Below are positions 18,644 to 27,461 of a DNA stretch of 64,000 nt, in pieces. The DNA lies in the NCBI GenBank assembly GCA_964568445.1, contig CAZMPZ010000014.1, positions 1,905-65,904 on the forward strand. Reading direction: 5' to 3'. Position 1 is the stretch's first letter. Each line of letters opens with the position of its first letter. A model generated the notes under the pieces. The model searched no databases. It was not told the DNA's origin and was given only the letters and a program-made list of their open reading frames with translations. The position numbers were made by a program, and so were the translations under genes. The stretch comes from an uncultured Rhodanobacter sp. (GTDB taxonomy: Bacteria > Pseudomonadota > Gammaproteobacteria > Xanthomonadales > Rhodanobacteraceae).

Positions 18644-19294
18644 ATGAGCCAGCCTCCCGTCGCCGTGACAAAAAACGATGCCTTCGCGCAGTGCGCCAAT
18701 GCCGTGGCGCAGGCGTCGCGCGAGCTGGGTGCGTTGGGCTGGACACCGGCGACCAGCGGCAATTTCTCCATGCGAGTGGACACGGCGCACATTGCCATCA
18801 GTATTTCCGGGCGCGACAAGGCGCATCTTCGCGCCAGCGACGTCATGCTGGCCGACACCCGTGGCCAGCCCGTGGATAGCGATGCGCGCCCCAGCGCGGA
18901 AACCGCACTGCACCTGCAGATTTACCGTCGCTTCGCCGATGCCAACGCCGTGCTGCACACCCATTCGCGCACGCAAAGCGTGGCATCGCGTGCGTTTGCC
19001 ACTGCCGGCGTGGCGTGCCTGCAGGGCTGGGAACTGCAAAAGGCCATCCGTGGCTTCCACAGCCACACCGATACCCTGAACATCCCGGTTTTCCCCAATA
19101 CCCAACACATGAACGAACTGGTCGTGCAAGTCGATGCCTGGCTCGACGCCGGCAAACCGCTGGCGGCATACCTCATCGATGGTCACGGCATCTACACCTG
19201 GGGTCGCGACATGCCCGAGGCGCGCCGCCATCTGGAGGCGCTGGAATTCCTGCTTGGCTGTGAATTGGATTTGCGGAGGTTGCAGACACCATGA
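18644..19294 (+). CDS. mtnB: Methylthioribulose-1-phosphate dehydratase
   Basis: Start trimmed to ATG 18644. Class II aldolase/adducin fold with GWTPATSGNFS and AVLHTHS motifs. Followed by mtnD and mtnC. Confidence 0.88.
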   Translation: MSQPPVAVTKNDAFAQCANAVAQASRELGALGWTPATSGNFSMRVDTAHIAISISGRDKAHLRASDVMLADTRGQPVDSDARPSAETALHLQIYRRFADANAVLHTHSRTQSVASRAFATAGVACLQGWELQKAIRGFHSHTDTLNIPVFPNTQHMNELVVQVDAWLDAGKPLAAYLIDGHGIYTWGRDMPEARRHLEALEFLLGCELDLRRLQTP

Positions 19295-19848
19295 GTCACC
19301 TGCGGATTTTCGACGAGGCGCGCCCCGACACGCCCTTGCAGTCGCTGCACGATCACGCTGCCATCAGTGCCGCGCTTGGCGCCGTCGGCGTGCGCTTCGA
19401 ACGCTGGCAAGCCAACCAGCCGCTCGCGCCCGGCGCTGACCAGGCCGCGGTCATCGCCGCCTATCGCGTCGACATCGATCGACTGATGGCCGAGCGTGGC
19501 TACCAGTCGGTGGACGTGATCAGTCTCACGCCCGATCATCCCGACCGCGCCATGCTGCGCAAGAAATTCCTGGCCGAACACAGCCACAGCGAGGACGAAG
19601 TGCGCTTCTTCGTTGCCGGCTCCGGCCAGTTCACCCTGCACATCGGCGACAAGGTCTATGACGTGCTGTGCGAAGCCGGCGACCTGATCGGCGTACCCGA
19701 CGGCACGCCACACTGGTTCGACATGAGTGAGGCACCCTATTTCATCGCCATTCGCCTGTTCACCAACAAGGACGGCTGGGTGGCACATTTGAGCGGCAGC
19801 GACATTGCCGACCGCTTTCCGCGCATGGTCCCCGCCACCCGCGCCTGA
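19291..19848 (+). CDS. mtnD: Acireductone dioxygenase (ARD)
   Basis: 185 aa cupin with EHSHSEDEVRFFVAGSGQFTLH and GTPHWF. ATGA overlap with the mtnB stop. Confidence 0.9.
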   Translation: MSHLRIFDEARPDTPLQSLHDHAAISAALGAVGVRFERWQANQPLAPGADQAAVIAAYRVDIDRLMAERGYQSVDVISLTPDHPDRAMLRKKFLAEHSHSEDEVRFFVAGSGQFTLHIGDKVYDVLCEAGDLIGVPDGTPHWFDMSEAPYFIAIRLFTNKDGWVAHLSGSDIADRFPRMVPATRA

Positions 19849-19918
19849 GTGATCCGCACGCCGCAGCACGATCCGGTATGTGCCGAACAACGGCTGCACT
19901 ACCCACGAGACAGATGCC

Positions 19919-20605
19919 ATGACCATGATCCGCGCCATCGTCACCGACATCGAAGGCACCACCAGCTCCATCCATTTCGTGCACGACGTACTGTTTCCGT
20001 ACGCCCGCAAACGGCTGCCGGCTTTCATCGAGACCCACGCCGATCGCAGCGAAATCCAGCACTGGCTGCACGAGGCCGCGCGCGAGGCCGGGCTGGTCGA
20101 AGCCTTACGCCAGGAGCTGATCGAACTGCTGCTGCACTGGATCGACATCGACCGCAAATCCACGGCGCTCAAGGCCTTGCAAGGCATGATCTGGAAAGAT
20201 GGCTATCTTGCCGGCGACTACCGCGCCCATGTTTACCCGGAGGTCGCGGCACGCTTGCGCCAATGGCGCGCCGACGGGCAAAAGCTGTATGTGTATTCCT
20301 CCGGCTCGGTACAGGCCCAACAACTGTTTTTCCGCTACAGCGCGGCCGGCGACCTGAGCGGCCTGTTCAGTGGCTACTTCGATACCCAGACCGGCCCCAA
20401 ACGCGAGAAGACCTCCTACGTGCGCATCGCCGCAGCCATCGGCCAGCAGCCGGCCCACATCCTGTTTCTGTCCGACACCGGCGAAGAACTGGACGCCGCG
20501 GCCAACGCCGGCTGGAACACGGCGTGGCTGATCCGCGACCCGGCCCCACTTCCGCCCGAGCCACGGCATCCGGCGTACCGCGACTTTGACGCCATCACCC
20601 CGTAG
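19919..20605 (+). CDS. mtnC: Enolase-phosphatase E1 (HAD superfamily)
   Basis: Start trimmed to ATG 19919: MTMIRAIVTDIEGTTSSIHFVHDVLFPYA (DxExT HAD motif I). Also contains YVYSSGSV and FLSD. Confidence 0.9.
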   Translation: MTMIRAIVTDIEGTTSSIHFVHDVLFPYARKRLPAFIETHADRSEIQHWLHEAAREAGLVEALRQELIELLLHWIDIDRKSTALKALQGMIWKDGYLAGDYRAHVYPEVAARLRQWRADGQKLYVYSSGSVQAQQLFFRYSAAGDLSGLFSGYFDTQTGPKREKTSYVRIAAAIGQQPAHILFLSDTGEELDAAANAGWNTAWLIRDPAPLPPEPRHPAYRDFDAITP

Positions 20606-20614
20606 CCACTGACC

Positions 20615-21583
20615 ATGCGCAGCGTTCTGCTCATCCTGCTGGGCCTGATCGCCGGTGTCGCCATGGCGCTGTCGACCAGCCTGCAACACACCGGGTACGA
20701 CGCCGCGCCGGGCGCAAATCTGGCCAGCCCACTCGACGCGTGGCCGGCGGACGCGCCTTCGCCCGAGCAGGTGCTGTACGCACAGCCGCGCATGCTGCGC
20801 GATGCCATCGCCCGGTTGAGTCCGCGCGTTCCCGGCCAGCCCAACCTGTATCTGCTGACGTTTGCCGGCGATGGCAGCGAGGACGTGTTCCGCAACGAAG
20901 CCGAGTATGCCGCCCGCATGTTCACGCAGCGCTTTGGCCCGGCCACACATGCCCTGGTACTGGAAAACAACCCGGCCAGCCTGGCCACGCATCCGCTGGC
21001 GACCTGGAGCAATCTGGAAGCCGCCCTGGATGCCTTGGCGCACACCATGGACCCGGCACAGGACATCCTGCTGCTGTACGTGACCAGCCACGGCAGTGAA
21101 GACCACAATCTGCTGATCGACATGGACCCATTGCCGCTGGACGGCATGGGCGCCAACGATTTGGCCGACATCCTGCACACGCGACCTTTCCAGTGGAAGG
21201 TGGTCGTGATCAACGCCTGCTACTCCGGCGGTTTCCTGCCCCCATTACGCGGAGCCGGAACGCTGGTGCTGACTGCCGCGCGTGCCGACCGCAGCTCGTT
21301 CGGCTGCGGCAGCGACTCGGATATCACCTACTTCGGGCGCGCCTGGCTGGTCGACGGCCTCAATCACACGGATGACTTCGTTGCCGCTTTCGCGCAGGCC
21401 CGTGCCGACATCCAGCAATGGGAACAGCGTGACGGGCTGATCGCGTCCGAACCGCAAATCGCCATCGGCCGTGGCATCGCCACACAACTGGCGCGCTGGC
21501 GCGAGGGCATCCCGCCGGCACCGTCCCTGCCATTCACGCCGGCGACACCCGACGAATCGGCCCGCCTGTCCCCCGCACACTGA
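20615..21583 (+). CDS. Peptidase C13 (legumain-like, clan CD) family protein, membrane-anchored
   Basis: 322 aa with an N-terminal TM helix. His-Gly and Cys dyad contexts are LLYVTSHGSED and VVVINACYSGGF. Starts 10 nt after the mtnC stop. Confidence 0.75.
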   Translation: MRSVLLILLGLIAGVAMALSTSLQHTGYDAAPGANLASPLDAWPADAPSPEQVLYAQPRMLRDAIARLSPRVPGQPNLYLLTFAGDGSEDVFRNEAEYAARMFTQRFGPATHALVLENNPASLATHPLATWSNLEAALDALAHTMDPAQDILLLYVTSHGSEDHNLLIDMDPLPLDGMGANDLADILHTRPFQWKVVVINACYSGGFLPPLRGAGTLVLTAARADRSSFGCGSDSDITYFGRAWLVDGLNHTDDFVAAFAQARADIQQWEQRDGLIASEPQIAIGRGIATQLARWREGIPPAPSLPFTPATPDESARLSPAH

Positions 21584-21610
21584 AGCGCCACGGCACGCCC
21601 TCCAATCCAC

Positions 21611-21636
21611 AAAAAACCCCGCCGCAGCGGGGTTTC
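21611..21636. terminator. Bidirectional intrinsic terminator between the C13 peptidase and bTHX genes
   Basis: AAAAAA CCCCGC cgca GCGGGG TTT. The T-run is strong on the minus strand (bTHX) and weaker on the plus strand. Confidence 0.8.
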
Positions 21637-21657
21637 AATGCATGTCGAAGCGTTGAT

Positions 21658-21846
21658 TCAAGCGGATTTCTTGCGCGCCGCCGGTTTCTTCGCCGCAGCC
21701 CGCGGGGCAGCGGACTTGGCGGCAGCCGTCCGCGTCACCGTGGGTTTGCCACCGGCCACCGCCGGAGTGACAGCATGCGCGCGCTTGTTGCCATAACTGC
21801 CGCGATACGTTTTGCCGCGGCGGGTCTTGCGATCGCCTTTGCCCAT
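21658..21846 (-). CDS. 30S ribosomal protein bTHX with Ala/Lys-rich C-terminal tail
   Basis: MGKGDRKTRRGKTYRGSYGNKR matches the Thx signature as I recall it (GKGDRRTRRGK.WRGTYG). The remaining 40 aa are A/K/P/T-rich. Confidence 0.8.
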   Translation of the reverse strand: MGKGDRKTRRGKTYRGSYGNKRAHAVTPAVAGGKPTVTRTAAAKSAAPRAAAKKPAARKKSA

Positions 21847-21926
21847 GGGAAACTCCTTTCGATAGTGCTGGATGAAGTGACACCCATCATAACAGTGGCC
21901 TATCGAAGCGCCACCGCACAGCCAGC

Positions 21927-22868
21927 TCAGGGCGGCATCGGCCGTGCACCACCATCGTCAACCTCGTCGGGACAGCCCTCGGCATCCACCTGGACGGTGA
22001 CATGCCGGATACCGAATCTCTCGCGCAGCAACGCATGAATCGCACGCATGCTGGCTGCGTTGTCCGCGCCATCACGCAAGGTGGCATGCAAGGTAGCCAT
22101 GCGCGAACCGGAAGCCAGCTGCCATACGTGCAAATGATGAATATCGGCAATGGAGGCATCGGCCGCACGCAATGCATCCACCACCTGTGCACTGTCCATG
22201 CCGTCGGGCACGCCTTCCAGCAGAATGTGCGCCGAGCGCCGCAACAAGCGCCACGCGCTCGCCAGGATCAACAGCGCGACCAGCACCGACAACGCCGGAT
22301 CCGCCCACAACCAGCCAAATCGCCATACCAGCAACGCCGCGGCAATCGCCGCCAGCGAACCGAGCAGATCCCCCGCCACATGCAACGCGGCACCCGCCAT
22401 GTTGACGTCGTCGTGCGCATGGCCGTGCAGCATGCGCAGCACGCCGATATTGACCAGCAGCCCCGCACACGCCACCACCAGCATCACGCCGGACAGGATG
22501 GCTTGCGGATGGCGGATGCGCGCCACCGCCTCGTAGACGATCCAGGCCACCAGCAGTATCTGCAGCAACGCGTTGACGAAGCCCGCCAGGACTTCCATCC
22601 GGCCGTAGCCGTAACTGCGCCGGGTATCCGCCGGGCGGATCGACAGCCATGCGCCAGTGAGTGCCAGCAGCAAAGCCAGCGCATCGACCAGCATGTGACC
22701 GGCATCGGCCAGCAGTGCAAGTGAGCCGGACCACAATCCGCCGGCAACCTCGACACCCATCATTACCGTAGTGAGGCCAAACGCCACCAACAGCTTGCGG
22801 CCGCGACCATCGCCGCGCCCGGGCACTGCATGAACATGATCGTGATTGTCTGGCATCGCGGAACCCAT
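21927..22868 (-). CDS. Cation diffusion facilitator (CzcD/ZitB-type divalent metal efflux)
   Basis: 313 aa with a His-rich N-terminus (DNHDHVH). Contains SLALLADAGHMLVD, GHAHDD and HVAGDLLGS motifs and a C-terminal cytoplasmic domain. Start could be 22868 or 22856. Confidence 0.88.
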   Translation of the reverse strand: MGSAMPDNHDHVHAVPGRGDGRGRKLLVAFGLTTVMMGVEVAGGLWSGSLALLADAGHMLVDALALLLALTGAWLSIRPADTRRSYGYGRMEVLAGFVNALLQILLVAWIVYEAVARIRHPQAILSGVMLVVACAGLLVNIGVLRMLHGHAHDDVNMAGAALHVAGDLLGSLAAIAAALLVWRFGWLWADPALSVLVALLILASAWRLLRRSAHILLEGVPDGMDSAQVVDALRAADASIADIHHLHVWQLASGSRMATLHATLRDGADNAASMRAIHALLRERFGIRHVTVQVDAEGCPDEVDDGGARPMPP

Positions 22869-22943
22869 TCGCGCATGCTAGAAACCACGCCTGGCGTTAC
22901 ACAATCACCCGCCGCGCCGGCCACTGTGCATCCCGCGACGCCA

Positions 22944-23405
22944 TCAATGCGCGCACTGCACCGCGCCCACCCTGTTGCCACGATCATTGCGCAGGTTGAC
23001 GAAGTGCGCGGCCGCCAACAGTAGCCCTCCGCAAGTGACCAGCACGCTGTGCACCGTGAGTTCGGCGCTGTTGATGAAGGTGACGCCCAGCAACAGCAAG
23101 GCGATCCCGGCTGCAGCCAGCAGCAGCGGCTGGCGCAGGCGGTGCCGCCGATAGCCGCGGCCCAGGGCGATGGCCGCCAGCACGCAGGCGAAAATCACGA
23201 AGCCCCGCTCAAAACGATGATCGGCCAGGAAGCCAAGACCGACAAACGGCAGCAACGCCAGCACGAACGGCAGCAACGCACAATGCACCGCGCACAGGAA
23301 CGACGCCATCGCCCCCACGCGATCGGCGACATGCCACGCACTCGTCACGTTTGATTGATCGCTCGCCGTCATCGTTGTCACGCTCGACATCACACCGTAT
23401 GCCAT
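22944..23405 (-). CDS. MerC-domain membrane protein
   Basis: Four predicted TM helices. The first helix carries ASFLCAVHCALLPF, similar to the metal-binding Cys motif of the MerC family. Start uncertain (in-frame ATGs at 23405, 23390 and 23372). Confidence 0.7.
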   Translation of the reverse strand: MAYGVMSSVTTMTASDQSNVTSAWHVADRVGAMASFLCAVHCALLPFVLALLPFVGLGFLADHRFERGFVIFACVLAAIALGRGYRRHRLRQPLLLAAAGIALLLLGVTFINSAELTVHSVLVTCGGLLLAAAHFVNLRNDRGNRVGAVQCAH

Positions 23406-23414
23406 TGACGACGC

Positions 23415-23431
23415 ATGTTACGTTATAACAT
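23415..23431. promoter_or_regulatory. Candidate Zur box
   Basis: ATGTTACGTTATAACAT is TGTTA-N5-TAACA, with the same half-site spacing as the gammaproteobacterial Zur core TGTTATAATATAACA (14 of 17 identical to ATGTTATAATATAACAT). On the minus strand it overlaps a TATAAC -10-like hexamer just upstream of the MerC-like gene. Confidence 0.5.
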
Positions 23432-23575
23432 CTGGTGACGCCAGTGCCGTGGCGTCCAATGGCCGCGACTTGTCGCCGCAGGCTACGCCAACCATGCGCA
23501 ACGATACCTGCGCGGGTATGTCGAGCCCTGCCTGGCATCGTGGCCGCCACCGCGCACGCGCCGCGAATCAGGCCA

Positions 23576-24061
23576 TCAGGATTTCTGGCAGTGCCTGCAG
23601 GTACCGTGAACCTCAAGCGTCTGCGCCTGCGGGCGAAAGCCCAGCGCGCGCGACTGTGCCTCGATCAACTCGGCCACGCGGTCATCGCACACTTCCTGCG
23701 CGCTCGAACACACGTCGCAGATCAGGAACGGCACCTGGTGCGCTTCCGCCGGGTGATGGCAGGAAACGAACGCGTTGATCGACTCCAGCTTGTGGATGAA
23801 GCGGTTTTCCAGCAGGAAGTCGAGCGCACGGTAGACAGTGGGCGGCGCGGCATTGCCGTGCTTTTCGCGCAGCAGATCCAGCAGGTCGTAAGCCTTCATC
23901 GGCCGACCCGCACCAACGATGAGCTCCAGCACTTCGCGACGCAGCGGTGTCAGGCGCAGGCCGCGCTCGGCGCTGACCTCGGCCACGGCACGGACCAAGG
24001 CGCGCGCATCATGCACGTGCGCATGGTGAACCGGCAGACTGGCAGCGACTTGATGACTCAT
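23576..24061 (-). CDS. zur: Fur-family zinc uptake regulator
   Basis: Start trimmed to ATG 24061. Winged-helix region is LTPLRREVLELIV...AYDLLDLL. Cys motifs are CDVC...GTCRHC. Assigned as Zur rather than Fur from neighbourhood and sequence pattern, so the subfamily call is less certain than the family call. Confidence 0.75.
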   Translation of the reverse strand: MSHQVAASLPVHHAHVHDARALVRAVAEVSAERGLRLTPLRREVLELIVGAGRPMKAYDLLDLLREKHGNAAPPTVYRALDFLLENRFIHKLESINAFVSCHHPAEAHQVPFLICDVCSSAQEVCDDRVAELIEAQSRALGFRPQAQTLEVHGTCRHCQKS

Positions 24062-24097
24062 GGCCCGCACCTCGCTGCCATCATACATCGCACGGCA

Positions 24098-24385
24098 TCA
24101 GTCCCTGCGACGGGGTACCGGCAAGGACGGCGGGCGCAGCCGCCGACGGGTGCGCCACAGCAACACCAGCCAACCGATCGGCCCCAGCACCAGCGCCCAC
24201 ATGACGCCTTCGCGCCAATGCCCGCGCCAGGCGCCTAGCGCGGCCCCGACCAGCACAAACAGCGCATTCCACCACGCCAGCGTGCGCCATGGCACGAGCG
24301 CCATCAGGTTGGTGAAGACCAGCCAGAACGCGCCGGGAGCATTCGGGTCGACGCCTTGCAGCGCGCGACTCAGCAACTCATCCAT
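24098..24385 (-). CDS. Small hypothetical membrane protein (about 3 TM)
   Basis: 95 aa, Trp/Leu-rich hydrophobic segments with an Arg-rich tail. Codon bias is consistent with coding. I recognise no family. Confidence 0.5.
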   Translation of the reverse strand: MDELLSRALQGVDPNAPGAFWLVFTNLMALVPWRTLAWWNALFVLVGAALGAWRGHWREGVMWALVLGPIGWLVLLWRTRRRLRPPSLPVPRRRD

Positions 24386-24420
24386 GTCCGCCTCCAGGCA
24401 CGCCGATCAGCGCGCGCCGG

Positions 24421-25824
24421 CTACTGTCGCGCCATCGCCAAGGCGGCATCGATGCGCTTGAGCGCTTCGCTGCGCCCAGCCAGGTACACCGTATCCTCGA
24501 TGGATGGCGACACCTGCGTGCCGGTCATGGCCACGCGCAGCGGCTGCGCAATCTTGCCCAAGCCCAGCGCCAGTTTTTCCGCCACCGCGTGCACGACCTG
24601 CTGCACCAGCGCCGGCGACCATTCGTCCGCTACCGACAATGCCGCGTGCACGGCCTCGAGGATGGCAACCGAATGCGCGTTGTGCAGGTGCTTGGCAACC
24701 GCCTTGTCGTCCCATTCGCCGATCGGTGCGTACCAGATACGTGCCCGCTCGGCCATCTCCTTCAGCGTATGCACGCGCTCGCGCAGCGCGACCAGCACCT
24801 CCACCGGCGCCGGGCCCTGCGTGACATCGACACCGGCTCGGGCCAGATGCCAGACAAACTCCGGCAGCAGCGACTGCGGGTCGTCGGTCTTGAGATAGTG
24901 CTGGTTGATCCACGCCAGCTTTTCCATGTCGAAACGCGACGGCGCCTTGTTGACGTCGGCAATGCTGAAGAGCGAGATCATTTCCTCGCGCGAGAAAATC
25001 TCCTGATCACCGTGCGACCAGCCCAGACGTACCAGGTAGTTGAGCAGCGCATGCGGCAGGAAGCCCTGCTCGCGATATTCCATGACGCCAACGGCACTGG
25101 TGCGCTTGGACAGCTTCTTGCCTTCCTTGTCCAGGATCATCGGCAAGTGCGCAAACTGCGGCACGCGCGCACCCAGCGCTTCGTAGATGTTGATCTGCCG
25201 CGGCGTGTTGTTGACATGGTCATCGCCGCGTATCACCTCGGTGATACCCATGTCCGTATCGTCGACCACCACCGCGAAGTTGTAGGTTGGCCAGCCATCG
25301 GAGCGGAAGATCACCAGGTCGTCCAGCTCGGCGTTGGCAATCTCGATGCGGCCTTTCACCCCATCGTCGAACACCACCGAGCCTTCGCCCGGATTCTTGA
25401 AGCGGATCACCCGGTTGGGATCGTCCCGCCGCGGTTCGTTACGCTCGCGGTAATAGCCGTTGTAACGCGGCTTGTCGCCACGCGCCACGGCGGCGACACG
25501 CATGGCGTCGATCTCATCCTTGCTCTCGTAGGCGTAGTAGGCCTTGCCGGCGGCCACCAGATCGTCGGCCACCTGCCGGTAACGCGCCAGCCGCGTGGTC
25601 TGGTAGATCGGGCCTTCATCGTGCGCCAGGCCCAGCCACGCCATCGCATCGAGGATGGCCTGCACAGCGGCGTCGGTCGAGCGCTCGCGGTCGGTGTCCT
25701 CGATGCGCAGGATGAACTCGCCCCCGCGCCGACGCGCTTCCAGCCAGCAATACAGCGCGGTGCGCGCGCCGCCAATATGCAGGAATCCTGTCGGGCTGGG
25801 AGCGAAACGGGTACGAACGGTCAT
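24421..25824 (-). CDS. gltX: Glutamate--tRNA ligase
   Basis: Start trimmed to ATG 25824: [25 protein letters not shown] (HIGH motif). Contains a KLSKR (KMSKS-type) motif. 467 aa. Confidence 0.95.
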   Translation of the reverse strand: MTVRTRFAPSPTGFLHIGGARTALYCWLEARRRGGEFILRIEDTDRERSTDAAVQAILDAMAWLGLAHDEGPIYQTTRLARYRQVADDLVAAGKAYYAYESKDEIDAMRVAAVARGDKPRYNGYYRERNEPRRDDPNRVIRFKNPGEGSVVFDDGVKGRIEIANAELDDLVIFRSDGWPTYNFAVVVDDTDMGITEVIRGDDHVNNTPRQINIYEALGARVPQFAHLPMILDKEGKKLSKRTSAVGVMEYREQGFLPHALLNYLVRLGWSHGDQEIFSREEMISLFSIADVNKAPSRFDMEKLAWINQHYLKTDDPQSLLPEFVWHLARAGVDVTQGPAPVEVLVALRERVHTLKEMAERARIWYAPIGEWDDKAVAKHLHNAHSVAILEAVHAALSVADEWSPALVQQVVHAVAEKLALGLGKIAQPLRVAMTGTQVSPSIEDTVYLAGRSEALKRIDAALAMARQ

Positions 25825-25940
25825 GGCTTTCACGGCATGTGGAACGAAGCCGTGAATTTTAGCCGATCCCCGGACGCGACCCTTCCCGTTGCGTCCCTGT
25901 GCGTCGATGGCCGATAGCCGTCACCACGATGGCTGCGGCA

Positions 25941-26375
25941 TCACTTGACGTGGATGGTGATTTTCTTCGACACCAACGGCGGCGCAAACGGCACATGGTT
26001 GTGATCGCCCAGCTCCAGCTGCAGCGTGTGCGTACCGGGTGTCAGATGCAGCGTGGTCTGTGTCTGCCCGCCGCCAAAATGCAAGTGCTGGGCATCGACG
26101 GGGATTGGCTGACCTGCTGCCGGCAGCTCGCGCACGTCAACCAGCAGGTGATGATGCCCGGTGTGCTCCTTGACGACGCCCGCCGGCGCCACGCCCATGC
26201 CGCGCAGGCCAAAGCGCACGGTGACGTCAGGGCTGACGGTGGCGCCATCCGTGGGCGAGATGATGTACACCTTGGCGTCCACGGGCGCCTGGCTGGCCGC
26301 TGTCGCCGGGACTTCGGCTGCCAGCGCCGTCGTCGACAAGCCAGCCAACAACACTCCAAGCAGGATGCGTTTCAT
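25941..26375 (-). CDS. DUF4399-domain periplasmic protein
   Basis: Start trimmed to ATG 26375 (GGAG RBS). Signal peptide is MKRILLGVLLAGLSTTALAA. Contains the segment GMGVAPAGVVKEHTGHHHLLVD, characteristic of DUF4399 as I recall it. Confidence 0.75.
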   Translation of the reverse strand: MKRILLGVLLAGLSTTALAAEVPATAASQAPVDAKVYIISPTDGATVSPDVTVRFGLRGMGVAPAGVVKEHTGHHHLLVDVRELPAAGQPIPVDAQHLHFGGGQTQTTLHLTPGTHTLQLELGDHNHVPFAPPLVSKKITIHVK

Positions 26376-26442
26376 CGCGTAGTCTCCGGTTGAACGAAGT
26401 GCCCAGTGTACGCGTTTGCCGCAGCAAGCTACCTGGGCAGAA

Positions 26443-26526
26443 TCTGCACAATGCGTCACAAGTGCTTGTGTGCAAAGGCCCTCGAACGAGTTGTGCACAG
26501 GCTTGTGCAACCGCCTGTGCACATGC
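26443..26526. promoter_or_regulatory. Phased array of TGTGCA/TGCACA motifs (three exact-phase tandem 12-mers plus two more copies)
   Basis: The tandem 12-mers are ttgtgcacaggc (26491-26502), ttgtgcaaccgc (26503-26514) and ctgtgcacatgc (26515-26526). Two further copies are gtgtgcaaaggc (26468-26479) and tctgcacaatgc (26443-26454). A CACAAGtgCTTGTG palindrome lies at 26457-26470. The array sits 68-151 nt upstream of the DUF4399 start. Confidence 0.45.
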
Positions 26527-26553
26527 GCTGTGGATAACCGGCAGCGCGGTCGC

Positions 26554-27423
26554 TCACGCCGCGCGCGGCTCGCGCATGAGTACGCCAAGCAGGTCAGCCA
26601 GCTTGTCGCGCATCTGCCGGCGGTCGACGATCATGTCGATGGCACCGTGCTCCAGCAGGAACTCCGAACGCTGGAAACCTTCAGGCAAGGTTTCGCGCAC
26701 GGTCTGCTCGATCACGCGCGGCCCGGCAAAGCCGATCAAGGCCTTGGGCTCGCCAATGTTGATGTCGCCCAGCATCGCCAGGCTGGCCGACACGCCGCCG
26801 GTGGTTGGATTGGTCAGCACGCTGATGTACGGCACGCCGGCGGCCCGCAGCCGCGCCAGCGCCGCCGAGGTCTTGGCCATCTGCAACAGGGAAAACAATG
26901 CTTCCTGCATGCGTGCGCCGCCAGTGGCGGTGAAGCCCACCAAGGCGCTGCGATCGGCCAGCGCCCGCTCGGCGGCACGCGTAAATTTTTCGCCAACGAC
27001 GGAGCCCATGGAGCCGCCCATGTAGGCAAACTCGAAAGCTGTGGCCACCAGTGGGCGGGCCTTCAATTTGCCGGTCATCACCAGCAGCGCGTCGCGGCTG
27101 CCGGTTTTCTTCTGCGCAGCGGCAATGCGGTCGCGATATTTCTTGGTATCGCGAAACTTCAGTGGATCGATTGGCTCCAGGCTGGGCCACAGCTCCTGCG
27201 TGCTGCCTTCATCCAGCAGCGCCAGCAAGCGCTTGCGCGCACTGATGTAATGATGATGGTCGCACTTGGGGCAAACCATCAGGTTGCGTTCCAGATCCGG
27301 GCGATACAGCACCGCCCCGCAGCCATCGCACTTGTCCCACACCCCTTCCGGCACCGAGCCACGGCTGGCGGTGGAGTGCGCGGCACGCGTGCGCGGATTC
27401 ATGATTTTCTGCAACCAGTTCAT
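26554..27423 (-). CDS. accD: Acetyl-CoA carboxylase carboxyltransferase subunit beta
   Basis: 289 aa. N-terminal zinc ribbon [26 protein letters not shown], followed by the carboxyltransferase domain. Confidence 0.95.
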   Translation of the reverse strand: MNWLQKIMNPRTRAAHSTASRGSVPEGVWDKCDGCGAVLYRPDLERNLMVCPKCDHHHYISARKRLLALLDEGSTQELWPSLEPIDPLKFRDTKKYRDRIAAAQKKTGSRDALLVMTGKLKARPLVATAFEFAYMGGSMGSVVGEKFTRAAERALADRSALVGFTATGGARMQEALFSLLQMAKTSAALARLRAAGVPYISVLTNPTTGGVSASLAMLGDINIGEPKALIGFAGPRVIEQTVRETLPEGFQRSEFLLEHGAIDMIVDRRQMRDKLADLLGVLMREPRAA

Positions 27424-27461
27424 TGCATCATCCCGTTGTGATGGGTGGCCGCAGCGTCAAC

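Noticed and set aside
26376-26530. Sigma-54 promoter plus NtrC-type enhancer interpretation of the TGTGCA array
   Set aside because: The best -24/-12 candidate on the minus strand (GGGCACttcgtTCAA) lacks the invariant GC at -12. The TGCAC..GTGCA pairs are spaced N6 rather than the N7 of NtrC sites.
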